Shown here in pieces: positions 1 to 7,925 of a stretch of 32,000 nucleotides of DNA (position 1 is the first letter of the stretch; the number at the start of each line of letters is the position of its first letter). The DNA is taken from the NCBI RefSeq assembly GCF_007748075.1, contig NZ_CP036280.1, positions 1,260,001 to 1,292,000 of the forward strand. The letters are read 5' to 3'. The notes under the pieces were generated by a model. The model was not told where the DNA came from. It saw nothing but the letters and a program-made list of their open reading frames with translations, and made no database searches. Source of the stretch: Mucisphaera calidilacus. GTDB lineage: Bacteria; Planctomycetota; Phycisphaerae; Phycisphaerales; Phycisphaeraceae. The position numbers were made by a program, and so were the translations under genes.

Positions 1-690
1 GGGCAAGCCGGCGTGTCGCGCCAGCGAGACCAACTCCTCCGGTCGCTCGGACGAGGATGCAATGACCACCATCTCCAGGCAGCCCAGCCACGGCCAGGGC
101 CAGGCGAAAGAAGGCTCCTGCAGCAGGATGTGAGGCAGCGTGCCCTCGGTCCAGAGCGACTCAACCTGCGGCCGATGCCCGATCCCGGATTCGAGTATCA
201 GACGCGGACGCTCGGTCAGCGGGAGTGCTTCGATCTCGTGGCTGATGCCCACGCCCAGGGCCGCCGATTCCAGCAACGCGCTCGCGGGCTGATCAGTCAA
301 CAGGCCGATGAGCACCGCGGCGTCAGAGTCAGCCTCCGCTTCGAGCCAACGACGACGTGTCGCGGCTCGATCCACGCCGGCCATCTCCCGCTCCAGCGAA
401 ACAGACACGTCTTCCGCCGGCAGGAGTACGTGCCCCGAGTCGACGCGTGCCGTCGGCCACAGCCACTCGCCCCAGCCCAGCGACGTGTTCGACCAGACCA
501 CCAGCTGCTCGGGCTTGCGCCACCGGTCCGAAAGCTTGCGCAGCACCGGATATCCCAGCAGCCGTGAGCCGAGCGGGGGGCTGATCAGCCGTGTCGGTGT
601 GAAATCAGCCAGCTCCAGCAGCGTGCGTGTCGAGCGTCCGCCGACCACGATGGTCACGACGTCCGGGTCGAGGGCTGCCGCGGTCTTCAT
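1..690 (-). CDS. hypothetical protein, truncated by the window edge (C-terminus lies left of position 1); possibly glycosyltransferase-like, unsupported
   Basis: Absent from the ORF track because it runs off the window. Manual translation of the minus strand from ATG 690-688 gives MKTAAALDPDVVTIVVGGRSTRTLLELADFTPTRLISPPLGSRLLGYPVLRKLSDRWRKPEQLVVWSNTSLGWGEWLWP...EELVSLARHAGLP, with no stop down to position 1. Third codon positions are G/C-rich. It is co-oriented with its neighbours, 44 nt downstream of the lipoprotein stop. Confidence 0.5.
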   Translation of the reverse strand, partial: MKTAAALDPDVVTIVVGGRSTRTLLELADFTPTRLISPPLGSRLLGYPVLRKLSDRWRKPEQLVVWSNTSLGWGEWLWPTARVDSGHVLLPAEDVSVSLEREMAGVDRAATRRRWLEAEADSDAAVLIGLLTDQPASALLESAALGVGISHEIEALPLTERPRLILESGIGHRPQVESLWTEGTLPHILLQEPSFAWPWPWLGCLEMVVIASSSERPEELVSLARHAGLP

Positions 691-734
691 CCCCAGGACA
701 TCGAGGCAGCTCGGATCGACGGACAGGTGGATCC

Positions 735-1376
735 TCAACGCCGTGGCTCCGCTTCCCAGTGCTTGTAAAACAGCTTCGAGACCTTGAGGGCGATGTCCTC
801 GGCCATCTTCTGCGAGGCCAGTCTTGAGGTCGCCCGGCCGGCGCGGTCGTCGTGCATCGGCTTGAGCTTCACCTCCAGGCGGTGCGATCCCGATTCGGGA
901 TAGACGCGCTGTCCGCTCTCGACGTCCACCACGGTCACACTCACTGCCGCCTGAGGACGCAGCATCCCCGGGGCCATGTCGAGTTTGGCCGATTCGATCA
1001 CGACACAGACCACTTCCTTGGCGCCGAGTTCCCTGCCGATGACGTCGATCGGCGTCTTGGGGAAGACGTCCTCACGGCCCAGGCGGTCGGCCAGGGCACT
1101 CAGCCTCTGAGCCGGGATGAAGTCCTCGTCGATCCGCTTGTCGATGTTCTCGGTGATGTAGAAGCCGACCATCTCCGCGATCTGCGACGTGAGTCCCGCC
1201 GAGCCGAGTTGCTCGTCGGGGTCATCCACCATCACCAGCACCGGGAAGACCTTGAGCTTGTAGGCGGCGGGGATCCGCGGGGCACCGGTCACGGCGGCGG
1301 CGGTGTAGCCGAAGAACGCGCAGCCGGGGAGCAGAAGCGTGACGAGCAGCAGGACCACCAGGTTGGTGTGCCGCAT
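735..1376 (-). CDS. lipoprotein, member B of a tandem paralogous pair (function unknown)
   Basis: The internal Met of ORF 735..1994 gives MRHTNLVVLLLVTLLLPGC, a signal peptide plus lipobox (LLPGC). ATG 1376-1374 overlaps the TGA (1378-1376) of the upstream paralog by 1 nt. The 206 codons upstream of this Met overlap that paralog in another frame and are Arg/Gly/Pro junk. Confidence 0.8.
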   Translation of the reverse strand: MRHTNLVVLLLVTLLLPGCAFFGYTAAAVTGAPRIPAAYKLKVFPVLVMVDDPDEQLGSAGLTSQIAEMVGFYITENIDKRIDEDFIPAQRLSALADRLGREDVFPKTPIDVIGRELGAKEVVCVVIESAKLDMAPGMLRPQAAVSVTVVDVESGQRVYPESGSHRLEVKLKPMHDDRAGRATSRLASQKMAEDIALKVSKLFYKHWEAEPRR

Positions 1377-2011
1377 CACTTCCTCACCTCGTGTTTGCGG
1401 AAGAGGTTCGTGGCCTTCTGGGCGAACGCCTGAAGAAGACCGATCTCGACGGTCTGGCTGTCGGACTCGAGCACGCCGATCTGCGTCTCGGGCGGGTACT
1501 GGACCGAGACCACCGAGCTGAAGGCGGCGTTGTCCGGGTCTTCGGACTCGACCTCGATCACGCTGACGTCCGCGCTCACGACACCACGCCAGACGTGAGC
1601 GTTGCCCGGCTCGTGCAGCCGGTACTCGTACAGGCCCACCAGCACCAGGCGGTCGACCCCCAGCCCCTCGATCAGCTTCGAGGGCAGCAGGGTCTCCCAG
1701 TAGGGGTTGTCGTTCGTGAACGCGTCCACCGTCGCGGGATCGGCGAGCGTGACGTTCTCCAGGCCCGTGACCAGCGAGGCCCCGAGGCTCTGCGCGATCA
1801 GGCGGGACGCACCCGGGTGCTGGTAGAGGATCTGATCGTCGGCGGCGACCAGCACCGCCACGCGGCGCCCGTCGAGTCCGAGATAGGCCGCGTCGACCTC
1901 CTCCTTGTCCTCGTAGCCGAGAAACAGGTAAGAGAGAAAGTCGCAGCCGCCCAGCGACGGTATCAGGGCAGCGAGAACGAGCAGACAGAGCCACGATCGA
2001 GTTCGACGCAT
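1376..2011 (-). CDS. lipoprotein, member A of a tandem paralogous pair (function unknown)
   Basis: MRRTRSWLCLLVLAALIPSLGGC is a signal peptide plus lipobox (LGGC). It has the same length and layout as the downstream gene: GC.F..Y...AAY.L...V.VLV..DD near the N-terminus and a C-terminal K..NLFRKHE versus KLFYKHWE. Confidence 0.8.
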   Translation of the reverse strand: MRRTRSWLCLLVLAALIPSLGGCDFLSYLFLGYEDKEEVDAAYLGLDGRRVAVLVAADDQILYQHPGASRLIAQSLGASLVTGLENVTLADPATVDAFTNDNPYWETLLPSKLIEGLGVDRLVLVGLYEYRLHEPGNAHVWRGVVSADVSVIEVESEDPDNAAFSSVVSVQYPPETQIGVLESDSQTVEIGLLQAFAQKATNLFRKHEVRK

Positions 2012-2021
2012 CAGGTCGTCC

Positions 2022-2498
2022 TTAGGTCCAGGTCAGGAACTTCCAACCCCACGAGAACAGGGTAATCGCTATCAGTGCCAGCCATGTGGAGCGCTGTAGG
2101 AGCATACGGCCGGGTGCCATCGTCGCCCAGCCGAACAGGGCGACGCCCAGCTGCTGCCAGAAGACCACCGAGAGGCTGAGCATGATCAGCAGGCCGAGCG
2201 GCTGGGTCCAGAACGACGCGAGCAGTGATCCGTGCGCCGCCAGGCTCGCGGAGGTGGTGACGCCGCACGTCGGGCAGGGCAGGTCGTACTGCTCGACCCA
2301 TCCGCAGGGCTGACTCGCGAACTGCCCGTGCGTGCCGTAACCCCGCGCTTCCGGTTCCAGCTGGTAGAGCCCGATCATCACCGCCAGGCAGATCAATGCC
2401 ACCAGCACACCGGCCAGACGCTCGTGGGTCTTTGCCGAGGATGCGCTGCGTTGTCGCGGCCTGCTACGCTCTGATCGTCCTGACATGGGAACCATCAT
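2022..2498 (-). CDS. small polytopic membrane protein with CPxCG motif (DUF2752-like)
   Basis: Basic N-terminal tail, then a TM helix (LAGVLVALICLAVMIGLY), then LPCPTCGVTTS, then 2-3 further hydrophobic helices. This CPxCGxT(R/S) layout is what I remember for DUF2752. The start is uncertain (ATG at 2498, 2495 or 2486) because it collides with the divergent gene start at 2485. Confidence 0.6.
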   Translation of the reverse strand: MMVPMSGRSERSRPRQRSASSAKTHERLAGVLVALICLAVMIGLYQLEPEARGYGTHGQFASQPCGWVEQYDLPCPTCGVTTSASLAAHGSLLASFWTQPLGLLIMLSLSVVFWQQLGVALFGWATMAPGRMLLQRSTWLALIAITLFSWGWKFLTWT

Positions 2499-3216
2499 GC
2501 GTCGTACTCACGCATTTAACAAATGGAACCACCCCCATCGCTCCGCGCCGCACGCGTCGCCGGCGTGGTGGATCGTCAACGCGCTGACCGTCGGCATCCT
2601 GGTGATGCCCGTGACGGGCCTGATGCTCGGGCACGATCTCATCGTCTGGCTGCTGCTCGCCGCCTGCATCGACGCCGTCGATGGCCCGCTCGCCCGGGCC
2701 CTGGGTGTCGCCTCACGCTTCGGCCAGCGGTTTGAGCTGCTCATCGACCTGGTGGCGTTTGTGATGCTCCCGACGGTCGTGATCGCCCGGTCCGGCGACG
2801 TCTACACCCTCACGATGATCATTTTCTGCGTCGCGGGCTGCGCCCGCGCCTTTGCGCTGCTGACCCGAAACGACAAGTCGGTCAGCCTGACCAGCGACTT
2901 CTGGCGGCCGATCCCCGGTCGCATCCGCGGTCTGCCGTTTCCGGTCGCGGGGCTGCTCGTGGTCGCCGGTGCCCAGACGCCCTGGGGCAACATCGTCACG
3001 CCGACCGCCGCGCTCGCCATGGCGATCCCCCTGACCTATCCAAGACTGGGCTACCTCCGCGGCCGAGACCTGCTGCTGATGGTGGCCCTTGCCGCCGGCG
3101 CGTGGTGGTTGCTGCCAGCGAGCCGTCACCTTTCCTCGCTGTTGATCGGTCTTGCGTCCGGTTACGTGGGCACCCGGCTGCTTACTCGTCGAAGCCGCGA
3201 TCGACGAGGCTCTTGA
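2485..3216 (+). CDS. CDP-alcohol phosphatidyltransferase family protein
   Basis: DAVDGPLARALGVASRFGQRFELLIDLV fits the DG(x)2AR(x)8G(x)3D/E(x)3D signature (one Asp replaced by Glu). The protein is multi-pass hydrophobic. Its 3' end overlaps the convergent HPr gene by 35 nt. Confidence 0.7.
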   Translation: MGTIMRRTHAFNKWNHPHRSAPHASPAWWIVNALTVGILVMPVTGLMLGHDLIVWLLLAACIDAVDGPLARALGVASRFGQRFELLIDLVAFVMLPTVVIARSGDVYTLTMIIFCVAGCARAFALLTRNDKSVSLTSDFWRPIPGRIRGLPFPVAGLLVVAGAQTPWGNIVTPTAALAMAIPLTYPRLGYLRGRDLLLMVALAAGAWWLLPASRHLSSLLIGLASGYVGTRLLTRRSRDRRGS

Positions 3217-3514
3217 GCGCCTCGACGGCGGCCTGCGCGTCCGAGCCCTCCGCCACGATCCGCAGTTCGGTGCCCTGCGTCGCCGCCAGCATCATCAGCT
3301 GCATGATGCTCTTGGCGTCGACCTTCTGCTCTTTCTTGATCACGTGAATATCGGAGACGTACTGCGACGCCGTATCGACGAACGACATTGCCGGACGCGC
3401 GTGCATCCCGAGTCGGTTGCAGACCACGGCGACGGTCTCCGCGCGCGCGGCGTCGGTGTCGACGGGGTCGTCGTCGCCCGATGTCGAGCTGATGCTCGAT
3501 GATGACTGAGTCAT
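3182..3514 (-). CDS. ptsH: HPr/NPr-type phosphocarrier protein
   Basis: NRLGMHARPA carries the His15 active-site motif and KVDAKSIMQLMML the Ser46 region. There is an unusual Ser/Asp-rich N-terminal extension of about 20-25 aa (MTQSSSSISSTSGDDDPVDTD). Confidence 0.9.
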   Translation of the reverse strand: MTQSSSSISSTSGDDDPVDTDAARAETVAVVCNRLGMHARPAMSFVDTASQYVSDIHVIKKEQKVDAKSIMQLMMLAATQGTELRIVAEGSDAQAAVEALKSLVDRGFDE

Positions 3515-3550
3515 GTCACGCCCCAGTTGACGCCAGCCTGGAAGCCCGTC

Positions 3551-4030
3551 TTACCCGGGCAGTTGCTGAGCGTCGGCTTCTTCAATGAGTTCCTCGATCT
3601 CCTGTCGAGTCGAGGACTGACGCAGGAACTTGCGAAACTGATCGTTCTGGAGCTGAGAAAAGATGCTCTCCATGGCCTGGAGGTGCTCGTCGGGATGATC
3701 CTTGGGCGAGAGCAGGAGCACGATCGAGTAGACCGGCTGCTTGTCGAGTGCATTGAAGTCCACGCCCTGCTGGCTGACACCGATCGCCGCCGCCATCTTG
3801 TTGATCTTCTCGTGCTTGACGTGCGGGACCGCGACGCCCTTGCCGAACCCCGTCGAGCCGTGTTTCTCACGCTCGATGATCGAGTCGATGAGGTCCTGGG
3901 CCAGTGCGGGGTCTGCGATCGACTCGTCCTGCAGGACGGCTTCGATCAGTTCGCGGATGACGTCGTCACGCGTCGAGGAGGTGAGTTCGGGAATGATGGC
4001 GTGACTGGCGATAAATGCCTGTAGCTTCAT
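3551..4030 (-). CDS. ptsN: PTS EIIA-Ntr (nitrogen-regulatory IIA, fructose/mannitol-type EIIA fold)
   Basis: MKLQAFIASHAIIPELTSSTRDDVIRELIE...GFGKGVAVPHVKH carries the phosphorylatable His in the G-x-A-x-PH context. The start is set at the internal ATG 4030, because the 22 upstream codons of the ORF have no family counterpart. Confidence 0.85.
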   Translation of the reverse strand: MKLQAFIASHAIIPELTSSTRDDVIRELIEAVLQDESIADPALAQDLIDSIIEREKHGSTGFGKGVAVPHVKHEKINKMAAAIGVSQQGVDFNALDKQPVYSIVLLLSPKDHPDEHLQAMESIFSQLQNDQFRKFLRQSSTRQEIEELIEEADAQQLPG

Positions 4031-4111
4031 GAGCCTTCCTTCTGGAGCGTTGACCCTGATTGTAGGCGATGACGGCCCGGTCATGCCAGTGACCACGCCG
4101 CTGCCGGGGTC

Positions 4112-4411
4112 CTATCCCTTGTGACTGCGGACCTTTTCCTTGTAATCGTGTACCTGACGCGCCGCCTTGTCGGTCGCCAGATCGATGCACTTGTAGAGAT
4201 CGTCACCATCGTCCTCCGCCACGAAGTGCTCGTGATGATCGACGTGCACGATGATCTCCACCGCGTAACCCGTCGATTCTTCCTTTCCCAGGATGACCTC
4301 TGCCTTGCTGGCGCGATCATAGTACCGCGTGATCTTCTCCAGACGCTGCTCCGCGTAGTCGCGGATCGGTTCGGTCACGTCCAGGTGTTTGCCGGTCACG
4401 ATGATGTCCAT
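4112..4411 (-). CDS. hpf: ribosome hibernation promoting factor (short HPF/RaiA, sigma-54 modulation protein family)
   Basis: MDIIVTGKHLDVTEPIRDYAEQRLEKITRYYDR...LYKCIDLATDKAARQVHDYKEKV is a typical HPF. A strong SD (aaaGGAGGtcccATG) precedes the start. Confidence 0.9.
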   Translation of the reverse strand: MDIIVTGKHLDVTEPIRDYAEQRLEKITRYYDRASKAEVILGKEESTGYAVEIIVHVDHHEHFVAEDDGDDLYKCIDLATDKAARQVHDYKEKVRSHKG

Positions 4412-4444
4412 GGGACCTCCTTTGGCAGGATGGGGGAATCACGC

Positions 4445-4462
4445 GGGTTGCAGGGGCAACCC
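4445..4462 (-). terminator. stem-loop after the DUF502 gene (7-bp GC-rich stem GGGTTGC/GCAACCC, 4-nt loop), no U-tract
   Basis: Read directly: gggttgc-aggg-gcaaccc on the + strand, lying between the DUF502 stop (4471) and the hpf SD. Confidence 0.35.
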
Positions 4463-4470
4463 CAATCTCG

Positions 4471-5433
4471 CTATGAAGCATCTTTCGTCGATTCGGCCCC
4501 CGGACTTGCAGACGAATCGTCCTGCTGGATCGGCACGAGGCCTGAGTCAAAATCAAGCTTGTGCGACTCGATCACCTGCCCGGGCGGGATCAGCACGCCG
4601 CCACTCACCGCAAATTTCAGAGCCTCTTCAATCGTAATCGGCAGATCAACCGTTTCATTCCGCGGCACCGTAATGACGTAACCCGTGAAAGGCGTCGGCG
4701 AGCTGGGCACGAAGACCGTCAGGCACGCCATGCCCGCCTTGTCCTCGATGTCGCGCATGGTGTCGCCCGTCACCAGGCCGACCGACCACAGCCCCATGCG
4801 CGGGTACTGCACCGCCACCACGCGGTTGAAGTTGATCTTCCGCTGGTCCGGCTTGTCGCCGAAGAAAAAGTCGGTCACCTGCTTCACTGACGGGTAGACC
4901 CGGCTGATCAGCGGGATCGCCATCACAAAGTCCTCGGCCTGCTTGTAGATCGACCGGCCGATGTAGCTGCCGAGCACAATCCCGACGAAATAGATCAGCA
5001 CCGCCGCGAGGAACAGGCCTACGAGGTCCAGCACGGCCCAGTTGCCGATTGTGTACGAGTTCCAGATGCGCACCAGGGCCAGCCGCCGCGCGTCGAGCAT
5101 GATGTCCGGCTTGCCCATGACCCAGTTACGCCGCTCCTGCAGCTGCTGGGCCTTGCCGTAGGAGGCCCCTTGCCGGTCCCTTCGGGTGTCGTCGATCTTC
5201 GCCCATTCCTGCTCCAGCTCTGCGGGCAGGTCCGACGAGGCCTTGTCGATGTCCGTGTGCGTCGGTGCTGGGAAGTAGCTGAACCTGATCAGCGACTCAC
5301 GTACTCCCTGGTTCAGCGGCTCGGCGATGTAGTCGTTCACAAACCCGTAGGCGATAACGACGAGATACGTCGTCAGGACCGTGGGCAGAATGATCCCCAG
5401 GCCGCGGAAGAAAAATCGCTTGAAATTCGTCAT
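4471..5433 (-). CDS. DUF502 domain membrane protein
   Basis: Two N-terminal TM helices, then GLVTGDT...CLTVFVPSSPTPFTGYVITVPRNETVDLPITIEEALKFAVSGGV. The FVP(S/T)(S/T)PNPxxG core is characteristic of DUF502. The start is set at MTNFKRFFF (ATG 5433). Confidence 0.8.
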   Translation of the reverse strand: MTNFKRFFFRGLGIILPTVLTTYLVVIAYGFVNDYIAEPLNQGVRESLIRFSYFPAPTHTDIDKASSDLPAELEQEWAKIDDTRRDRQGASYGKAQQLQERRNWVMGKPDIMLDARRLALVRIWNSYTIGNWAVLDLVGLFLAAVLIYFVGIVLGSYIGRSIYKQAEDFVMAIPLISRVYPSVKQVTDFFFGDKPDQRKINFNRVVAVQYPRMGLWSVGLVTGDTMRDIEDKAGMACLTVFVPSSPTPFTGYVITVPRNETVDLPITIEEALKFAVSGGVLIPPGQVIESHKLDFDSGLVPIQQDDSSASPGAESTKDAS

Positions 5434-5524
5434 GGATCCTCTGGTTACGCCGAACCCGTCGGACGCTCCTTCACGCAGGAACCTCACCCTAGACCATCAG
5501 GACGAGAATCGCCAGCGACAGGTC

Positions 5525-6649
5525 TTACTCAACGATCGTCGTTGATGACACCCGATCATGCGCACGCGGAACCCGCCGACCCATGATCTCGAGGTAATCC
5601 ACCCCGCCCGCGACCCACACCTGATCGAGCCAGAGGGCTGCCGATGCGTCATCGTGCACCGTCGGCATGTCCGGCATCGGGTGAATCACGCCACGCACCA
5701 GGTCCAGTCCGTGCGCTGCAGCCAGTTCCGTGTCACGCCCCGATACCTGACTCTCCCCGCCGAGAAGCCACGCACGCTCGCCCGCTCGCAACAAACAGGC
5801 GTCGGCAATGCCATCCTCCACATTCAGAACCGGCCCCTCTGTGATCCGTGACAACTGCGTATCAATGAACCATGTTTCAGGGGTGGTATCGCCTGTCTTG
5901 GTTGATTGACCACCGAGCACCCAGACCCGCCCGTCGGCCATCGCCACCGCCCGGTGGTCGTCGAGTCGCATCGGCAGGCGGACCGACAGCAGCCGTGAGA
6001 TGCCCGTCGTCGTGTTGATCACTTCCACGCTGTCGACGTAGCCGCCCAGCACAACGACCTCGTCGCCCAGCACCACGGAGGCGTGGTCCCTACGCCGCTC
6101 GCGCAGCGAGATCACCCGCGTCACGCGCTCGCCCGTCGGATCAAGGATCGCCATCGTTTCGTGGCCGATGACCGCGACACGGCCGTCAATCAGTCGGTGC
6201 GCCGTCGGCGTCAGCATCGGCTCGGGCAGGGTTGCTCCCGAGATGACCCGGCCCAGCCGCAGATCGAGAATCTCTACCGAATCCAGCCCCCTTGGCCGAA
6301 CCGCCGAGCCGCTCTGGCCGCCCGCGACCAGCAAACGTCCATCGTCGAGTAGCGCCTGTGCATGCCCCGCCCTCGCGGTCTTGAGCTTGAGGTCAGAGAC
6401 CGACCACGTTTCGCCGTCAAACACCTGCACCCTGGCCGACGGTCCGCCCAGCGACGTGAACCCGCCCACGACGCAGAGCTTGTCATCAACGACAGAGGCA
6501 CGGGAGAGAACCACGCCGGTCCCAAGCGAAGGCTGTATCAGCCAGTCACCACCACCCGGCGGCGGGATCGAGGTCTTGCGTTCCTCCGGCGCGAATGCAC
6601 AGCCCGAGACGACCATCACCAGCAGCAGGGCGGTCAGCCTCGACAGCAT
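5525..6649 (-). CDS. Kelch-repeat beta-propeller lipoprotein
   Basis: MLSRLTALLLVMVVSGC is a signal peptide plus lipobox. About 6-7 blades follow, each with a hydrophobic-GG signature (VVGGF, LVAGGQ, VVLGGY, VWVLGGQ, AWLLGGE, VWVAGGV). ATG 6649-6647 overlaps the tyrS TGA (6651-6649) by 1 nt. Confidence 0.75.
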   Translation of the reverse strand: MLSRLTALLLVMVVSGCAFAPEERKTSIPPPGGGDWLIQPSLGTGVVLSRASVVDDKLCVVGGFTSLGGPSARVQVFDGETWSVSDLKLKTARAGHAQALLDDGRLLVAGGQSGSAVRPRGLDSVEILDLRLGRVISGATLPEPMLTPTAHRLIDGRVAVIGHETMAILDPTGERVTRVISLRERRRDHASVVLGDEVVVLGGYVDSVEVINTTTGISRLLSVRLPMRLDDHRAVAMADGRVWVLGGQSTKTGDTTPETWFIDTQLSRITEGPVLNVEDGIADACLLRAGERAWLLGGESQVSGRDTELAAAHGLDLVRGVIHPMPDMPTVHDDASAALWLDQVWVAGGVDYLEIMGRRVPRAHDRVSSTTIVE

Positions 6650-7902
6650 CACGCGGATCCCGACAGGTCAAAGCGGTAGAGTCGCTTCTTGCCCACGCGC
6701 AGCAGCAGGTAGCCGTTGGGCGCGTCATCGACGCCCACGGTGTGGTTGATGTCGGCGACCTTCGACTCACCCACACGCACGCCCCCGCCCTGGATGAGCT
6801 TCTTCGCCTCCCCGTTGGACTTGGCCATGCCGCTGCGGACCAGCAGATCGCGCACCAGACCCAGATCCCCGGTCTCGATGGTCTCGTGCGGGATGCTGTC
6901 GCCGGTTACGTCCTGGCTTGCGCCGAACGCCTTGCGCGAATCGGCCTGTGCCTGCTCCGCCGCCGCCTCGCCGTGGATGAGCTTCGTGACCTCGTAGGCC
7001 AGCACTTCCTTGGCGGCGTTCAGTTCCCTGCCCTCTGCCGTTTCCAGTTCCCGTACACGCTCCATCGGCAGGAACGTGAAGTAGCGCAGGTAAGGGCCGA
7101 CACCTGCATCCGGCGTGTTTCGCCAGAACTGATAGAACTCGTAGGGCGAGGTGCGTTCCGCGTCGAGCCAGACGTTGCCTTTCTCCGACTTGCCGAATTT
7201 CCCGCCGTCCGGCTTGGTGATCAGCGGCATCGTCAGGCCCGCGAGCTCGGCGTCGTGCAGCTTGCGCCCCAGCTCGACGCCCATCACGATGTTGCCCCAT
7301 TGATCCTGCCCGCCCATCTGCACCGTGCAGCCGTGCGTCCGGTTGAGGTGCGCGAAGTCGTACGCCTGCATGATCATGTAGCTGAACTCGAGGTAGCTGA
7401 TCCCCGACTCGCTGTCGATACGCCCCTTGACGCTCTCCATTGAAAGCATCCGGTTGACCGACACGCGGCTGCCGACATCACGCAGCAGCTCGATCCACGT
7501 CAGCGGCTCGAGCCAGTCGGCGTTGTTCACCAGCGTCGCCTCGTCGGGGCCATCGCCGAACGGGACCACACGCCCGATCTGGGCGGCGATCGCCTCGGCG
7601 TTCGCGTTGATCTGTTCGCGCGTGAGCATCTTCCGGGACTCGGTCTTGCCCGACGGATCGCCCACCAGGCCGGTCGCCCCGCCCACGAGCACGAGCGGCT
7701 TGTGCCCGCACCGGCTGAGCCACGCCAGCACCATGATCGGCACCAGGGATCCGACGTGCAGCGAGTCGGCCGTCGGGTCGAAGCCGATGTACGCCGTGAC
7801 CGGCTGTTCAAGACGCTTGCGGATCTCCGCGTCGGTCGACTGCGCCACCAGCCCTCGCTCGGACAGCACGTCGTACAGGTTCATCGCCACGGCCTGGGTC
7901 AT
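6649..7902 (-). CDS. tyrS: tyrosine--tRNA ligase (class I, with C-terminal S4 domain)
   Basis: GFDPTADSLHVGSL is the HIGH-type motif and KFGKSE the KMSKS-type motif. GDPSGK is present, and the C-terminal region GEAKKLIQGGGVRVGESKV is S4-like. The start is set at ATG 7902, preceded by AGGAG-7 nt. The 95 upstream codons of the ORF overlap the fmdB gene. Confidence 0.95.
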   Translation of the reverse strand: MTQAVAMNLYDVLSERGLVAQSTDAEIRKRLEQPVTAYIGFDPTADSLHVGSLVPIMVLAWLSRCGHKPLVLVGGATGLVGDPSGKTESRKMLTREQINANAEAIAAQIGRVVPFGDGPDEATLVNNADWLEPLTWIELLRDVGSRVSVNRMLSMESVKGRIDSESGISYLEFSYMIMQAYDFAHLNRTHGCTVQMGGQDQWGNIVMGVELGRKLHDAELAGLTMPLITKPDGGKFGKSEKGNVWLDAERTSPYEFYQFWRNTPDAGVGPYLRYFTFLPMERVRELETAEGRELNAAKEVLAYEVTKLIHGEAAAEQAQADSRKAFGASQDVTGDSIPHETIETGDLGLVRDLLVRSGMAKSNGEAKKLIQGGGVRVGESKVADINHTVGVDDAPNGYLLLRVGKKRLYRFDLSGSA

Positions 7903-7925
7903 GAGGTCACTCCTGAAGCCGGAGT

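Noticed and set aside
13-787. + strand ORFs 13..567 and 308..787 at the left edge
   Set aside because: Arg/Pro/Ser-rich with no motifs. The minus-strand frame starting at ATG 690 is open to the window edge, has protein-like composition and is co-oriented with its operon neighbours.
1377-1994. N-terminal 206 codons of ORF 735..1994 (the 419-aa version of the lipoprotein)
   Set aside because: This part overlaps the upstream paralog in another frame and translates to Arg/Gly/Pro junk. The internal Met at 1376 gives a perfect signal peptide plus lipobox and a 1-nt stop/start overlap.
4445-4462. GG-N10-GC arrangement (TGGGGTTgcccCTGCA) upstream of hpf as a second sigma-54 promoter
   Set aside because: The match to the -24 box is poor (TGGGGT). 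The element coincides exactly with a 7-bp hairpin, which explains the sequence better.
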